DNA of 64,000 nucleotides from Yuukianura sp. NJ FZ-2021 (lineage: Eukaryota), in the NCBI GenBank assembly GCA_046563655.1, contig CM102289.1, positions 1 to 64,000 of the forward strand, written 5' to 3'. Below the pieces are notes generated by a model. It was given only the letters and a program-made list of their open reading frames with translations, did not search any database and was not told the origin of the DNA. The translations under genes and the position numbers were made by a program. Below, piece by piece: positions 1-11,118 of the stretch (positions are counted from its first letter, which is position 1; the number at the start of each line of letters is the position of its first letter).

Positions 1-829
1 AACCTCAGAATTTGAACAAGAAAGTGGCTCCTCCACCAGTGGATGCAAAGAAGGTGGAAGTGACGAAAGGCACTTCGCCACCGAAAGCTCCAGCCACGCA
101 ACAGCCAAAGCACAAGTTCCAGAAGAAAGATCAAGCCCAGGGAGGATTGAATAAAGTGTCTGCGAAGAGTAAGAACATTCACAAGAAAGCCCAGAAGAAG
201 AGCCGATTCCAACGCTTGACTAACGTAAGTAATCCACGCTTTTCCACTACCTTTATTCCCAATTGGTAAACTTGTGACTGCGTTTAGAAATTGGGTTCTA
301 ATCCAAGACCGGCTGGAGCCTGCGAGCGAGGAATGAAGGCGGAGCAGGAGCTGGGTCATGGTGGTCATGTGTACTTGATCAAAGTGCATGACCCTCCCAT
401 CACAGAGCAAATTGTGAAGGCGTGGCATGGCGGCATCGAAACTGCAGTCGTTGCCAAATCTGTCGAACCCACACAGTTTCTCGTCATCTTCAAGCACGAC
501 GCAGACGTCAAGAAGGGAGTGGAGGCGTTGAAGAAAGTCAAATTCGCTGGTTCAAATATCACCGTAAGTAAACATTTCCAGTTCATTCTAAAACCTCCAA
601 GTATCTCTATTCTCTTGCTTGGGTTGATAGTTATCTAACTTTGTTTTTATTCTAAGGTGGAGGAGAAACTGGACAGTGACACGCATGTGACGAATAACCC
701 TGAGCACATTGACCCATTTTGTCTCTACGTGACGAACATTCATGCAGATGTGACTAGAGAGGATGTGAAGAAACTCTTTTCCAAATGCACTACAGTCACG
801 AATCCCAGGAAACACAATCCAAAAATCGG
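1..829 (+). pseudogene. Fragment of a multi-exon gene for a Lys-rich RRM RNA-binding protein
   Basis: Exons <1-224, 288-563 and 657-829 with GT..AG introns. Exon 3 reads VEEKLDSDTHVTNNPEHIDPFCLYVTNIHADVTREDVKKLF (RNP2-like LYVTNI), then an apparent +1 frameshift in the T run at ~777-780. The next intron is fused to Dullard sequence. Confidence 0.65.
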
Positions 830-865
830 GTAAGACATCTTAATTGAAGTTTCTAAATCCCATTT

Positions 866-926
866 AAGTTGTGAATTTGAAAACAGGAGTTGCGGATGAA
901 GTGGACAAGGGGAGGAGGATGCTGGA
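866..926 (+). pseudogene. CTDNEP1: CTDNEP1/Dullard fragment: end of intron 4 and start of exon 5 (VADEVDKGRRML)
   Basis: Nearly identical to 11771-11820 and 49027-49086, which lie inside longer Dullard copies. Confidence 0.8.
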
Positions 927-3340
927 CTCTTAATTACGTTTTATTATAGCCTGGAGTGCCCAAGTCAAAGCGAAAAACACCAGTTACCGTATCGTTCCGT
1001 GACAATGAACGGCTCATTCGAGAAGATGCACTGAACGTAGCAGTTCGTTTCCCATCCAATGCTTACCTTTACTTCTTGGATCTCTTGGTAAAGAAGATTG
1101 ATAATCCAATTGTAGAGCTTTATCAAAAGAGATTTCCTTACTACAACTTAGTTCCTGATCCTGACTGTGGGACAGTTCTTTTTCAACATGACAGGTACCG
1201 TAACCTAAATCGATAACAGCTGATTGATGATTAATTATTAATTACTGATTTATCTGTTTGTAGTGAACCTTTTTATTCACCTGAGGAACTCCTTGGAATG
1301 ATTCTAAGCCAAGCGCGTGACTATGGTCAAGAGTTTGCTAGTCAACCGGTCAAGGAAGCACTCATCACCGTTCCACCTTATTTCAACCAAGCCGAAAGAC
1401 GAGCAGTTCTGCACGCATCCGAATTGGCAGATATCAATGTTCTTCTGCTCATAAACACAACCACGGTAAGTAATCTCTCACAAAATATTTGAATTTTGAT
1501 AACTTTATTCGTCGGAATGTCGTTTTTAATACACTTGAATGTTGTTAGGTGCTTTGAAGTATTGTATTTCTCGTCGAAAAGACTTCAACGAGACTCCTCA
1601 GCACCTTCTTTTGTATGACATGGGAGCATCCAGTACAGTGGCTACTGTAATCAGCTATCAGATGACGAAAACTAAGGAGAAGGGAGTAGTTGAAACTAAT
1701 CCACAGTTGACAATTCTTGGTGTTAGGTAAGTCTAGAATTTGAAATTACACTGCGAACATCATGTTTTCAGAAATAAGATGATCAGCTGATTCACTTGGT
1801 TTCAGATACGATCATACACTGGGTGGTCTGGAAATGCAACTTCGGCTGAGGGATTTTCTGGGCAAGGCTTTCAATGACCTGAAGAAGACCGAAACTAATG
1901 TTTTTACTAACCACCGTGCCCTGGCCAAATTGTTCAAGGAAACCGGCGGACTCAAAAACGTTTTGAGTGCTAACGCTGATCACTACGCTCAGGTAAAAAT
2001 TGTTTTCTACGTTTCTACTTCATTTTTTTTTACTACTTTTGAAGTATTTTCGAACCGCAACTTTTGCCTTGTTATTCCGTTCAAACTTCAAAAGTAAAAG
2101 AATGCGCTTCGGTTCATGTTACATGCAGGCTGAAGTCACCATTTGAATGATTCAACCATGAAAATATGAAAACACTTCGAAAGAACTAAATTTTGAAAAA
2201 GATGTTTGAAATGTGCTGACTTTTTGATTACAGGTTGAAGGTCTTTTGGATGAACAAGACTTCGAAACTTCCGTTTCCCGTGCCGAGTTTGAGAGTTTAT
2301 GTGAAGATCTCGTCGAACGTGTCAACTATCCAGTTGAACAAGCGTTGAAAGCCGCTGGAATTACAATGGACCTCATTGACCAAATCATTTTAGTTGGAGC
2401 TGGAACGCGTATTCCAAAAGTCCAGGAAAAACTGACTGAAGTTTTGAAACGAGAATTAGGAAAGAGTCAGAACACGGACCAGGCTGCAGCGATGGGCGCC
2501 GTTTACAAAGCAACTGATCTCAGCTCTGGATTCAAAGTCAAAAAGTTTTTGACCAGAAATGCTGTTCTCTTTCCCATTTTGGTAAGTTTTTAAAACAAAT
2601 CGCTCAAATTAGTCATCAAATAATGAAATGTTTCTTTTGCAGGTCGATTTTGAGCGGGAACTGGACGGAGAAAATGGAGCCGCCCGGCCATCCAACATTG
2701 TTCGCCGAACTCTCTTTTCTTACATGAATCCTTATCCACAGAAGAAGATCTGAACATTCAAGAAGCATGTAGACGATTTCAGTTTCTACGTCAGCTACGG
2801 CGAGTTGCAAATTCCAGCACACCAAGCCAAGTAAGATTTACTTTTAATTTGTTAATTTAAGTATCAGCTGATTTCCATTTTTATTGTTTTTAGTGCCACC
2901 GAGACTCCTACCATTACCAAAGTGAATCTGAAAGGTGTTAAAAATATTGGCGATGGTATTGAAGTGAAAGGCGTCAAAGCACATTACAATTTGGACGAAA
3001 ATGGAATCATCAGTCTCACTCTACTAGTAGAATCTGTTTTTCAGAAGAATGCAACCGTGGAAACAGTTGCTTCTCCAGAAGAGGATACCCTGTCTAAATT
3101 GGGATCAGCTTTTAGCAAGTTATTTTCAGGTTAATTTTGAAATAAGCGGGATTTAGCATTTGAATTAGATTGTGATGGAAACATTTCATTTTACAGGGAG
3201 TGGAGATGATATTCCAGCACAAACGGAGAGAACAGCGAACAGTCTGAGAATGCTGGCGGTGAAGAAAGTAAAAAAGAGGAAGGAAGCAAAGACAATGACA
3301 CTGAAACCGATTCGAAACCTAAATCTGGAGATTCTCCAGC
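927..3340 (+). pseudogene. HYOU1: HYOU1/GRP170 (ER Hsp70-family chaperone) genomic fragment with introns, disabled
   Basis: Exons ~950-1194, 1264-1465, 1549-1726, 1806-1992, 2234-2581, 2643-2830, 2893-3129 and 3197-3340. Motifs: SKRKTPVTVSFRDNER, ITVPPYFNQAERRA, YDMGASST, IILVGAGTRIPKVQ, AAMGAVY, SSGFKVKKF, GVKAHYNLDENG. In-frame TGA at 2751-2753, deletion after PGVP, no N- or C-terminus. Confidence 0.9.
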
Positions 3341-3684
3341 CTGGAGACGAGATACTGGCGACAACACTGCACTCTTCACTTGGGTTCCTTCTCGAAGGAT
3401 CTGTCCATCATTTCCAATGGTCTCAACTCCATATTTATTCTGGACAACTCACCAGAAGCTTATCGCTCTTACCCGGCTAACTTAACCTCAAGAGCTGATT
3501 CAGTCCAAATGACTATTTAACTAACTAGTGGTCTGTGCCTGTAGCCAATGCAATGCTGATCAAATCCTGGTTCACAGATGCTACCGCCCTCCTCATCCTC
3601 AAAGTATTAGACGCCTCGACATTCACTCAAGATGTACGCAGTATTCTGAGTCGAAATCTGCACGTCCATCGACCTTCGTGGTGA
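3341..3684 (+). pseudogene. CTDNEP1: CTDNEP1/Dullard 3' fragment (rest of exon 5 and last exon)
   Basis: [35 protein letters not shown], then [20 protein letters not shown] ending at TGA 3682-3684, matching the Dullard C-terminus. The splice donor is mutated (gctaac). Confidence 0.85.
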
Positions 3685-3727
3685 AACGTAGACATAAGTT
3701 TAAAACATAGGTGCAACGTAGGTTTAA

Positions 3728-3992
3728 TACTCATAGAATGTAGTCACCTTAAGAAAGAAAAATTTTCAAAAATTTTATTCTCATAGTATGTAATCACCTT
3801 AAAAGAAATCTTTTTCAAAAATATAATTCTCAGAGTATGTAATCACCTTAAGAGAGAAACTTTTTCAAAAATTTAATTCTTACGTTACAGTATGTATAAT
3901 TACCTTAAAAGAAAAACTTTTTTCCAAAAAATTTATTCTCACAGTATGTAATCACCTTAACAGATAAACTTTTTCCAAAAACTTTATTTTCA
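3728..3992. repeat. Degenerate ~50-60-bp tandem repeat, 4-5 copies
   Basis: Recurring ttctcatagtatgtaatcaccttaa..tttttcaaaaa. Confidence 0.75.
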
Positions 3993-4359
3993 CCTATTTG
4001 GACTTCCATTTTGAGTTGAAACTGAGGCGTTTGGAGTCCCATTTGGACTTCCGTTTTGAAGTCCCATTTGGACTTCATTTTGTTTGAAATTGGGACAGTG
4101 CTTTCGGAGTCCAATTTCTACTTCCACTTAGGAGTAAAATTAGGAGAGGGCATTGGGAGTCGACTTTGGGATTCCATTTGGAGTTGAAATTGGGACAGTG
4201 CTTTGGGAGTCCATTTTCGACTTCCATTTTGAAGTCCCTTTTGGACGTCCATTTTGAAGTCCCATTTTGACTTTCATTTTGGGTTGAAATTAGGAGAGAA
4301 TTTAGGAGTCCATTTGGAGTTCCATTTTGAGTTGAAATGAAGGGCTGTCGTACTTGGAC

Positions 4360-4539
4360 TGTTCAGGTTAAAAGGCAGAATTTCAGAGCAGGAAAGTACT
4401 GTGTCTGGGTAGCTCAATGGTGAGAGCGGTTACCCCGGAATGGTAATGATGTGGGTTCGAGTCCCACTCCAGCCACGTATTTTTCCTTGCTCTTTCTTGC
4501 CATATACAGTCGGTGCAAACCAACTGTGTATCGATTGCA
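4360..4539 (+). mobile_element. 180-bp solo-LTR-like insertion (TG..CA) with a 5-bp TSD, containing a tRNA-like cassette
   Basis: Starts tgttcagg and ends gattgca, flanked by tggac at 4355-4359 and 4540-4544. Removing it restores one unit of the host minisatellite. Confidence 0.7.
4403..4475 (+). ncRNA. tRNA-like Pol III cassette (A and B boxes, cloverleaf), probably not a functional tRNA
   Basis: A box tagctcaatgg, D stem gctc/gagc, stem ttacc/ggtaa with loop ccggaat, T arm gtggg-ttcgagt-cccac, acceptor gtctggg/tccagcc. It lacks U33, and a GGA anticodon with a short variable arm is atypical. Followed by TTTTT. Confidence 0.7.
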
Positions 4540-5713
4540 TGGACTTAAATTTTGAATTAAAACTGAGGGGTTTGGAGTCGCTTCCATTTTGGAGTCCCAT
4601 TTTGACTTCCATTTTGAGTTGAAACTAACCCCTTTAGGAGTCCCATTTTGACTTCCATTTTGGAGTCCCATTTTGACTTCCATTTTGAGTTGAAACTAAC
4701 CCCTTTAGGAGTCCCATTTTGACTTCCATTTTGGAATCCCAAATTAAGTTCCACTTTGGAATCCCATTTTGAGTTTAAACAACTCTTTGGGAGTCTAATT
4801 GGACGTCCATTTTGGAGTCCCATATTGACATCCATTTTGAGTTGAAACTAACCCGTTTAGGAGTCCCATTTCGACTTCCATTTTGGAATCCCAAATTGAC
4901 TTCCATTTTGGAATCCCGCATAAACACGATAAGAAGCTTCCTACTTTTTCCGTGTATATTTTGTTTCAAAGTAAATTCGAGCATCAGAATTTTGAGGATA
5001 ATATAACTTGTAGCGTGCATGTTTCATAAGATTATTGTAAAAGAAATTTTTTACACCACCCCAATTCCATTGCTTGGACTTGAAAGATGTAGTATTAAAG
5101 GATTCAACTAATTCGCAAACCCTTTTCCACTTGTATTGATTCCTTCCAAGTGACCGCATTCCGCTGATTTGAGCCACCTCATAAATAGAGTCAAATAATC
5201 GTTTTTCATCTATATTTTTGAGTAGGCCTCTCGGAGTATGCTCCCTACAAATGACAAATTTATAAACAAAAAGTGCATTGAAATTAAAAAAAATTAAAGT
5301 CGAAGGAACAAGATTTTGGTTACTAACCTATGACAATTTTCATTTACTGTAACAAATGATGCTTGGCTGCATGCAACAGTAGTATCGTTCATTTCCAGAG
5401 CAGCAGGAATAACATTAACTGCTTTTTTAACATCATTATTTTTTGAGGCTCCTGTGCAGTTAGAATTTCTAAAATAAATAAAAGCAAGTAGTTAGAAACG
5501 CAACCTCAATAATTATAATTAAAGAAAAATCTCAATTTATCATAATTTCATGAAAATCCTACTCCAAATCATCCAGTTCGGTTCGACTATGGTCGTCGTC
5601 TTGTGTCTCCACTGACTCCATGATGGGAGGAGTAACCGTTGGGTCAAGTGCCCTGTTTTCAATCGTATCCGTACAAGCAGATGATGTTGTGCTAAAGACA
5701 AATGATGCTAACG

Positions 5714-6130
5714 TTAAATAGGTTCGTTAACTTGGACCCAGTTTTGAGTAGTTCGTATAACAAACAAATCATACCTCTTGGAATCCTCGAATTTACCACC
5801 AACTAAAGTGGAAAATTTAATACCAGAACTTGCATTCCTTCCCGCATCAGCGCTTCTAGGTTTCAAACCTCTAACTTTCTTCTTTGTAAATTCTTCTTTA
5901 TAAAATTTATCATTGGGTGTTTCGTCTTCGATCAAATAAGCAAAAGACACAGCTTTTTGCGCGTAAGTAGGCTCGTCCTCGATCGAACAGCAACTTCTGG
6001 ACTGTCCGACTGCACATTTCCCATACTTCAATTTATACATTTCCATATACTTGCTGCGAACTGGCTTGGATGCAGGTCCAAACAGCATACTTACTGAAAC
6101 ACTTGCTACTAACTCGTATTCAACTCTCAC
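5714..6130 (-). other. Unassigned 138-codon ORF, possibly an exon of an unknown gene or TE fragment spanning ~4940-6170
   Basis: Protein-like composition, with a further same-strand ORF at 4941-5177. No motif recognised. Confidence 0.3.
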
Positions 6131-6406
6131 ACCATCTGCGATAGGTCCAGGCCGAATAAGCTCCTACAAAAGACTGAACGATATTATAGTCCTGACAAAG
6201 AATATTGAGCCAGCTTTTGTGGTTTGAGAGTAAGACATTGACATTACTTCTTACTACTCACTCACGCATCTATCATTTTGGCATCCATTCCTTTCTTCTT
6301 AAATCAAATACTAAAAGTATTTTTTTTTATAATAAGTTTTGCCTAGTTAATGAATACAAGCGCTATAAAAATTTTATGGTTATCTATAAAATAAAGAGCA
6401 GTGATC

Positions 6407-6604
6407 CAAAGGGCCTTACCGGGTTTCTATAAGGCTGGGCCCAGAGAGCGAGTTGCATTGCGAGAGATGGGCGATGAGATGAGAGAAATGTATGGGAAAA
6501 GAGTTTTTCTCCTCTCCGTGTATTTCCTCCCATCTCGCTCAATGCAAAACCTCCATGTGGCCCAAAGAATCTCATTCTTATGGGAATTCCGGTATGGTCC
6601 TTTG
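6407..6604. mobile_element. Small degenerate inverted-repeat element (MITE-like)
   Basis: caaagggccttaccgggtttctataag versus cttatgggaattccggtatggtcctttg, an imperfect ~27-bp IR. No TSD seen. Confidence 0.45.
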
Positions 6605-6773
6605 ACATTTTGTTGTAAAATGATAATAAATGTTGAATATTAAGCTTAATTCTTTTCTAAGCGGGGAATGATACAAAAATTCGGGAATTTGGCCACGGTG
6701 ACTTAAGCGCTATGGTCTTCCACATTTTAGACACCTCTAACTTTTGCAGCTTTCAGCAGTGATTCTGCTTTGG

Positions 6774-9311
6774 TTTTGGGAATTTTGCTCTTTAGGTTTT
6801 TAGTGTTTTAGGACTTTAGAATTTTGGGAATTTTGCTCTTTAGGTTTTTAGTGTTTTAGGATTTTCGGATTTTGGGAATTTTGCTCTTTAGGTTTTTAGT
6901 GTTTTAGGATTTTCGGATTTTGGGAATTTTGCTTTTTAGGTTTTTAGTGTTTTAGGATTTTCGGATTTTGGGAATTTTGCTTCTTCGTGTTTTAGGATTT
7001 TCGGATTTTGGGAGTTTTGCTCTTTAGGATTTTAGTGTTTTAGGATTTTCGGATTTTGGGAGTTTTGCTCTTTAGGATTTTAGTGTTTTAGGATTTTCGG
7101 AATTTGGGAGTTTTGCTCTTTAGGATTTTAGTGTTTTAGGATTTTCGGATTTTGGAAGTTTTGCTCTTTAGGTTTTTAGTGTTTTAGGATTTTCGGATTT
7201 TGGGAATTTTGCTCTTTAGGTTTTTAGTGTTTTAGGATTTTCGGATTTTGGGAATTTTGCTCTTTAGGTTTTTAGTGTTTTAGGATTTTCGGATTTTGGG
7301 AATTTTGCTCTTTAGGTTTTTAGTGTTTTAGGATTTTCGGATTTTGGGAATTTTGCTCTTTAGGTTTTTAGTGTTTTAGGATTTTCGGATTTTGGGAATT
7401 TTGCTCTTTAGATTTTTAGTGTTTTAGGATTTTCGAATTTTGAGAATTTTGCTCCTTCGTGTTTTAGGATTTTCGGATTTTGGGAATTTTGCTCTTTAGG
7501 TTTTTAGTGTTTTAGGATTTTCGGATTTTGGGAATTTTGCTCTTTAGGTTTTTAGTGTTTTAGGATTTTCGGATTTTGGGAATTTTGCTCTTTAGATTTT
7601 TAGTGTTTTAGGATTTTCGAATTTTGAGAATTTTGCTCCTTCGTGTTTTAGGATTTTCGGATTTTGGGAATTTTGCTCTTTAGGTTTTTAGTGTTTTAGG
7701 ATTTTCGGATTTTGGGAATTTTGCTCTTTAGGTTTTTAGTGTTTTAGGATTTTCGGATTTTGGGAATTTTGCTCTTTAGGTTTTTAGTGTTTTAGGATTT
7801 TCGGATTTTGGGAATTTTGCTTTTTAGGTTTTTAGTGTTTTAGGATTTTCGGATTTTGGGAATTTTGCTTCTTCGTGTTTTAGGATTTTCGGATTTTGGG
7901 AGTTTTGCTCTTTAGGATTTTAGTGTTTTAGGATTTTCGGATTTTGGGAGTTTTGCTCTTTAGGTTTTTAGTGTTTTAGGATTTTCGGATTTTGGGAATT
8001 TTGCTCTTTAGGTTTTTAGTGTTTTAGGATTTTCGGATTTTGGGAATTTTGCTCTTTAGGTTTTTAGTGTTTTAGGATTTTCGGATTTTGGGAATTTTGC
8101 TCTTTAGATTTTTAGTGTTTTAGGATTTTCGAATTTTGAGAATTTTGCTCCTTCGTGTTTTAGGATTTTCGGATTTTGGGAATTTTGCTCTTTAGGTTTT
8201 TAGTGTTTTAGGATTTTCGGATTTTGGGAATTTTGCTCTTTAGGTTTTTAGTGTTTTAGGATTTTCGGATTTTGGGAATTTTGCTCTTTAGGTTTTTAGT
8301 GTTTTAGGATTTTCGGATTTTGGGAATTTTGCTCTTTAGGTTTTTAGTGTTTTAGGATTTTCGGATTTTGGGAATTTTGCTCTTTAGGTTTTTAGTGTTT
8401 TAGGATTTTCGGATTTTGGGAATTTTGCTCTTTAGGTTTTTAGTGTTTTAGGATTTTCGGATTTTGGGAATTTTGCTCTTTAGGTTTTTAGTGTTTTAGG
8501 ATTTTCGGATTTTGGGAATTTTGCTCTTTAGGTTTTTAGTGTTTTAGGATTTTCGGATTTTGGGAATTTTGCTCTTTAGGTTTTTAGTGTTTTAGGATTT
8601 TCGGATTTTGGGAATTTTGCTCTTTAGGTTTTTAGTGTTTTAGGATTTTCGGATTTTGGGAATTTTGCTCTTTAGGTTTTTAGTGTTTTAGGATTTTCGG
8701 ATTTTGGGAATTTTGCTCTTTAGGTTTTTAGTGTTTTAGGATTTTCGGATTTTGGGAATTTTGCTCTTTAGATTTTTAGTGTTTTAGGATTTTCGAATTT
8801 TGAGAATTTTGCTCCTTCGTGTTTTAGGATTTTCGGATTTTGGGAATTTTGCTCTTTAGGTTTTTAGTGTTTTAGGATTTTCGGATTTTGGGAGTTTTGC
8901 TCTTTAGGATTTTAGTAGGGGTCAACCATTTCCTCGCAGAAAATTGCAGTGGCACTCTCGCACTTGATCAGCTGTTGGTAAAGTGCGAGCGATCGCAGAT
9001 TTTTTGAGTTCGCCTGTACCCGCCTGTACCCAACAGACAATCAGGAGAAGTGCAATTTTCTTTTTCCAACTCAAAAATCTGCGACCCTCAGAGGCTTCTA
9101 TAAATATCTCTTTCGCACTCTCGCACTCTCGCAGATTTCCAACTGCCAACTCAAACTGCGATGAAGTGCAAAGAAATGGTTGACCCCTAGTGTTTTAGGA
9201 TTTTCGGAATTTGGGAGTTTTGCTCTTTAGGATTTTAGTGTTTTAGGATTTTCGGATTTTGGGAGTTTTGCTCTTTAGGTTTTTAGTGTTTTAGGATTTT
9301 GGGAATTTTGC
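6774..9311. repeat. 48-bp satellite (ttttgggaattttgctctttaggtttttagtgttttaggattttcgga) with 40-bp deletion variants
   Basis: Direct tandem array with ~8-bp T4-based substructure, interrupted by a MITE. Confidence 0.97.
8917..9188. mobile_element. 272-bp MITE with 16-bp TIR aggggtcaaccatttc and 3-bp TSD AGT (PIF/Harbinger-like)
   Basis: Perfect TIRs; agt at 8914-8916 and 9189-9191; the satellite resumes in phase after it. Confidence 0.88.
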
Positions 9312-9570
9312 CATTCCCATATCACATTACGAACCCTGTTTTTCCAAATTCTAGTATTGCAGCATGAGCTTGAGTGTTCATCGACCAAGCGTTCTTGCAT
9401 GCGCGTTCATCGTTCATCCACCAAGCATTAGTCCTTATGCGTTCATTGAGAACCCATTCGATGAACCAACTCGATGAACACTGAACCTATCCAAACCTAC
9501 TCTAACCCTACCCCCCAAACAAACAACACGGGGGGTAGGAGAGCCTGGTGCATAGCTACGGCGTCTCTAA

Positions 9571-9651
9571 ATACCCACACCGCTGGGTGGACTCGAACCA
9601 CCGTCCATAGTGCTAAACAGGCCCCGCTCTAAACCTGTAAGCTACTATGCC
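9571..9651 (-). mobile_element. tRNA-derived (SINE-head-like) sequence
   Basis: The minus strand reads tagcttacaggtttagagc (A box/D arm) ... ggtgg-ttcgagt-ccacc (B box/T arm). Acceptor and anticodon arms pair poorly. Confidence 0.55.
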
Positions 9652-9891
9652 AACACTGAAAGCGAAGGAATCAAAACTTGTATTTATGTTGTGTTTTTTC
9701 GCAAAAAAATCATGTTTTTTGCAAAAAAAAAACTGCAAAATCCACCGATAGGCGAGATTTTGGTGTCAAAATCGATACTATTTTAAATTTCCGATCTTTT
9801 GACACCAAATTCGGCCATCTCCGAAACGTTTTTCCGACGAAAAAAGCGTTTTTTTCACAATAGCGTTAAGACAATAGAGCTAAACGTCATC

Positions 9892-10620
9892 TTAAAATTC
9901 TGGAATACGTAATACGGCAAAGAACTAATCAATTACAAGTCGAGATAACGTATTCCAGAATTTTAATTTGCATAGTTACTGAATAATTAAGCAAAAACTG
10001 AATTTGAGGACAATAGGCGCTAATTAGCTTAATTATGCAAATTAAAATTCTGGAATACGTCATTTGGCAAAGAACTAATCGATTACAAGCTGATATAACA
10101 CATTTCAGGATTTTAAATCGATTACTTTAGGCGTAATCAGCAATCGTAGAAATCGCAAGTACTGGCGATCAAGATTTTGGTTCAATAGTGAAAAATGAAG
10201 CTAATTAAGCACTTTAAAACTCCGGAATACGTTATATGGGAAAGAACTAATGAATTACAAGTCGATTTAACACATTTCAGGATTTTAAATCGATTACTCT
10301 ACGAGTAATCTGCAATCGCAGACATCGCAGGTACATGCGATCGTGAGTTTGGCACAAAAGTGAAAATTAAAGCTAATTAAGCATTTTAAAACTCTGGAAT
10401 ACGTTATACGGCAAAGAACCAATCGATTACAAGCTGACATAACACATTTCAGGATTTTAAATCGATTACTTAAGGTGTAATCAGCAATCGTAGTTATCGC
10501 AAGTAGCTGCGACCATGGATTTGGTACAATAGTAGAAATTAGACTAATTACGCATGTTAAAACTCCGGAATACGTTATATCACAAAGAATACATTATGTT
10601 TGATGTCAGATAACAAATCC
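9892..10620. repeat. ~172-bp palindromic tandem repeat, ~4.5 copies
   Basis: aaaa(t/c)tc(t/c)ggaatacgt starts at 9894, 10044, 10216, 10388 and 10559. The first unit has a perfect 19-bp IR (ttaaaattctggaatacgt / acgtattccagaattttaa). Confidence 0.85.
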
Positions 10621-11118
10621 CGTAGTTCTATATGCTTTAATTAAAGAGTAATCAAGTAATTAATTTAATTAATGGTGCTTTGCAGTTTTTGTGGCTGTGA
10701 AGTGCGAGGCGCCGACCTCTACTCAAAATTTTCAATTTTGTTATTGCGAGTGCGCGCATGCGCCAGCTGATTTTACTTTTAAAAGTTATAGATTTCAGTT
10801 GTTTTGTTCATTTCTTCCTTCTTTAGTAGTGCAAAGTTCACGATTAACTAATTAATTAAACCGATTAACTGAGTTTTAGTTAATCTACAACCAGCACAAC
10901 TACAAACTGAAGCTGGATCAAGCATTTTTCAAAGGTTAAGGTAAGGAACAACACAATTAAAGTCAAGTAAAAGTAGTTGACTGGAATCCACTCATTTGGT
11001 CATCGATTATTCTCATAGTTTGGACTATTCTTTCTCCAGTCCAGATCCACAATCCGAGGAGCAACGTTTGATTGGACTTCCACACGTTTCGTCGTTTCTT
11101 CTGGAGATTGACGTTGCG

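Larger units (their letters stand above)
3996..4916. repeat. Degenerate minisatellite built from ~12-bp units (ttggacttccat / tttggagtccca / ttttgagttgaaa)
   Basis: Visible periodicity; the same family recurs at ~31828-32000. Confidence 0.8.

Noticed and set aside
4403..4475. Functional tRNA-Ser(GGA) gene
   Set aside because: No U33, short variable arm, an acceptor mismatch, an anticodon atypical for eukaryotes, and it lies inside a TSD-flanked insertion.
4414..5020. Cluster of overlapping short ORFs
   Set aside because: By-products of the minisatellite and the inserted element.
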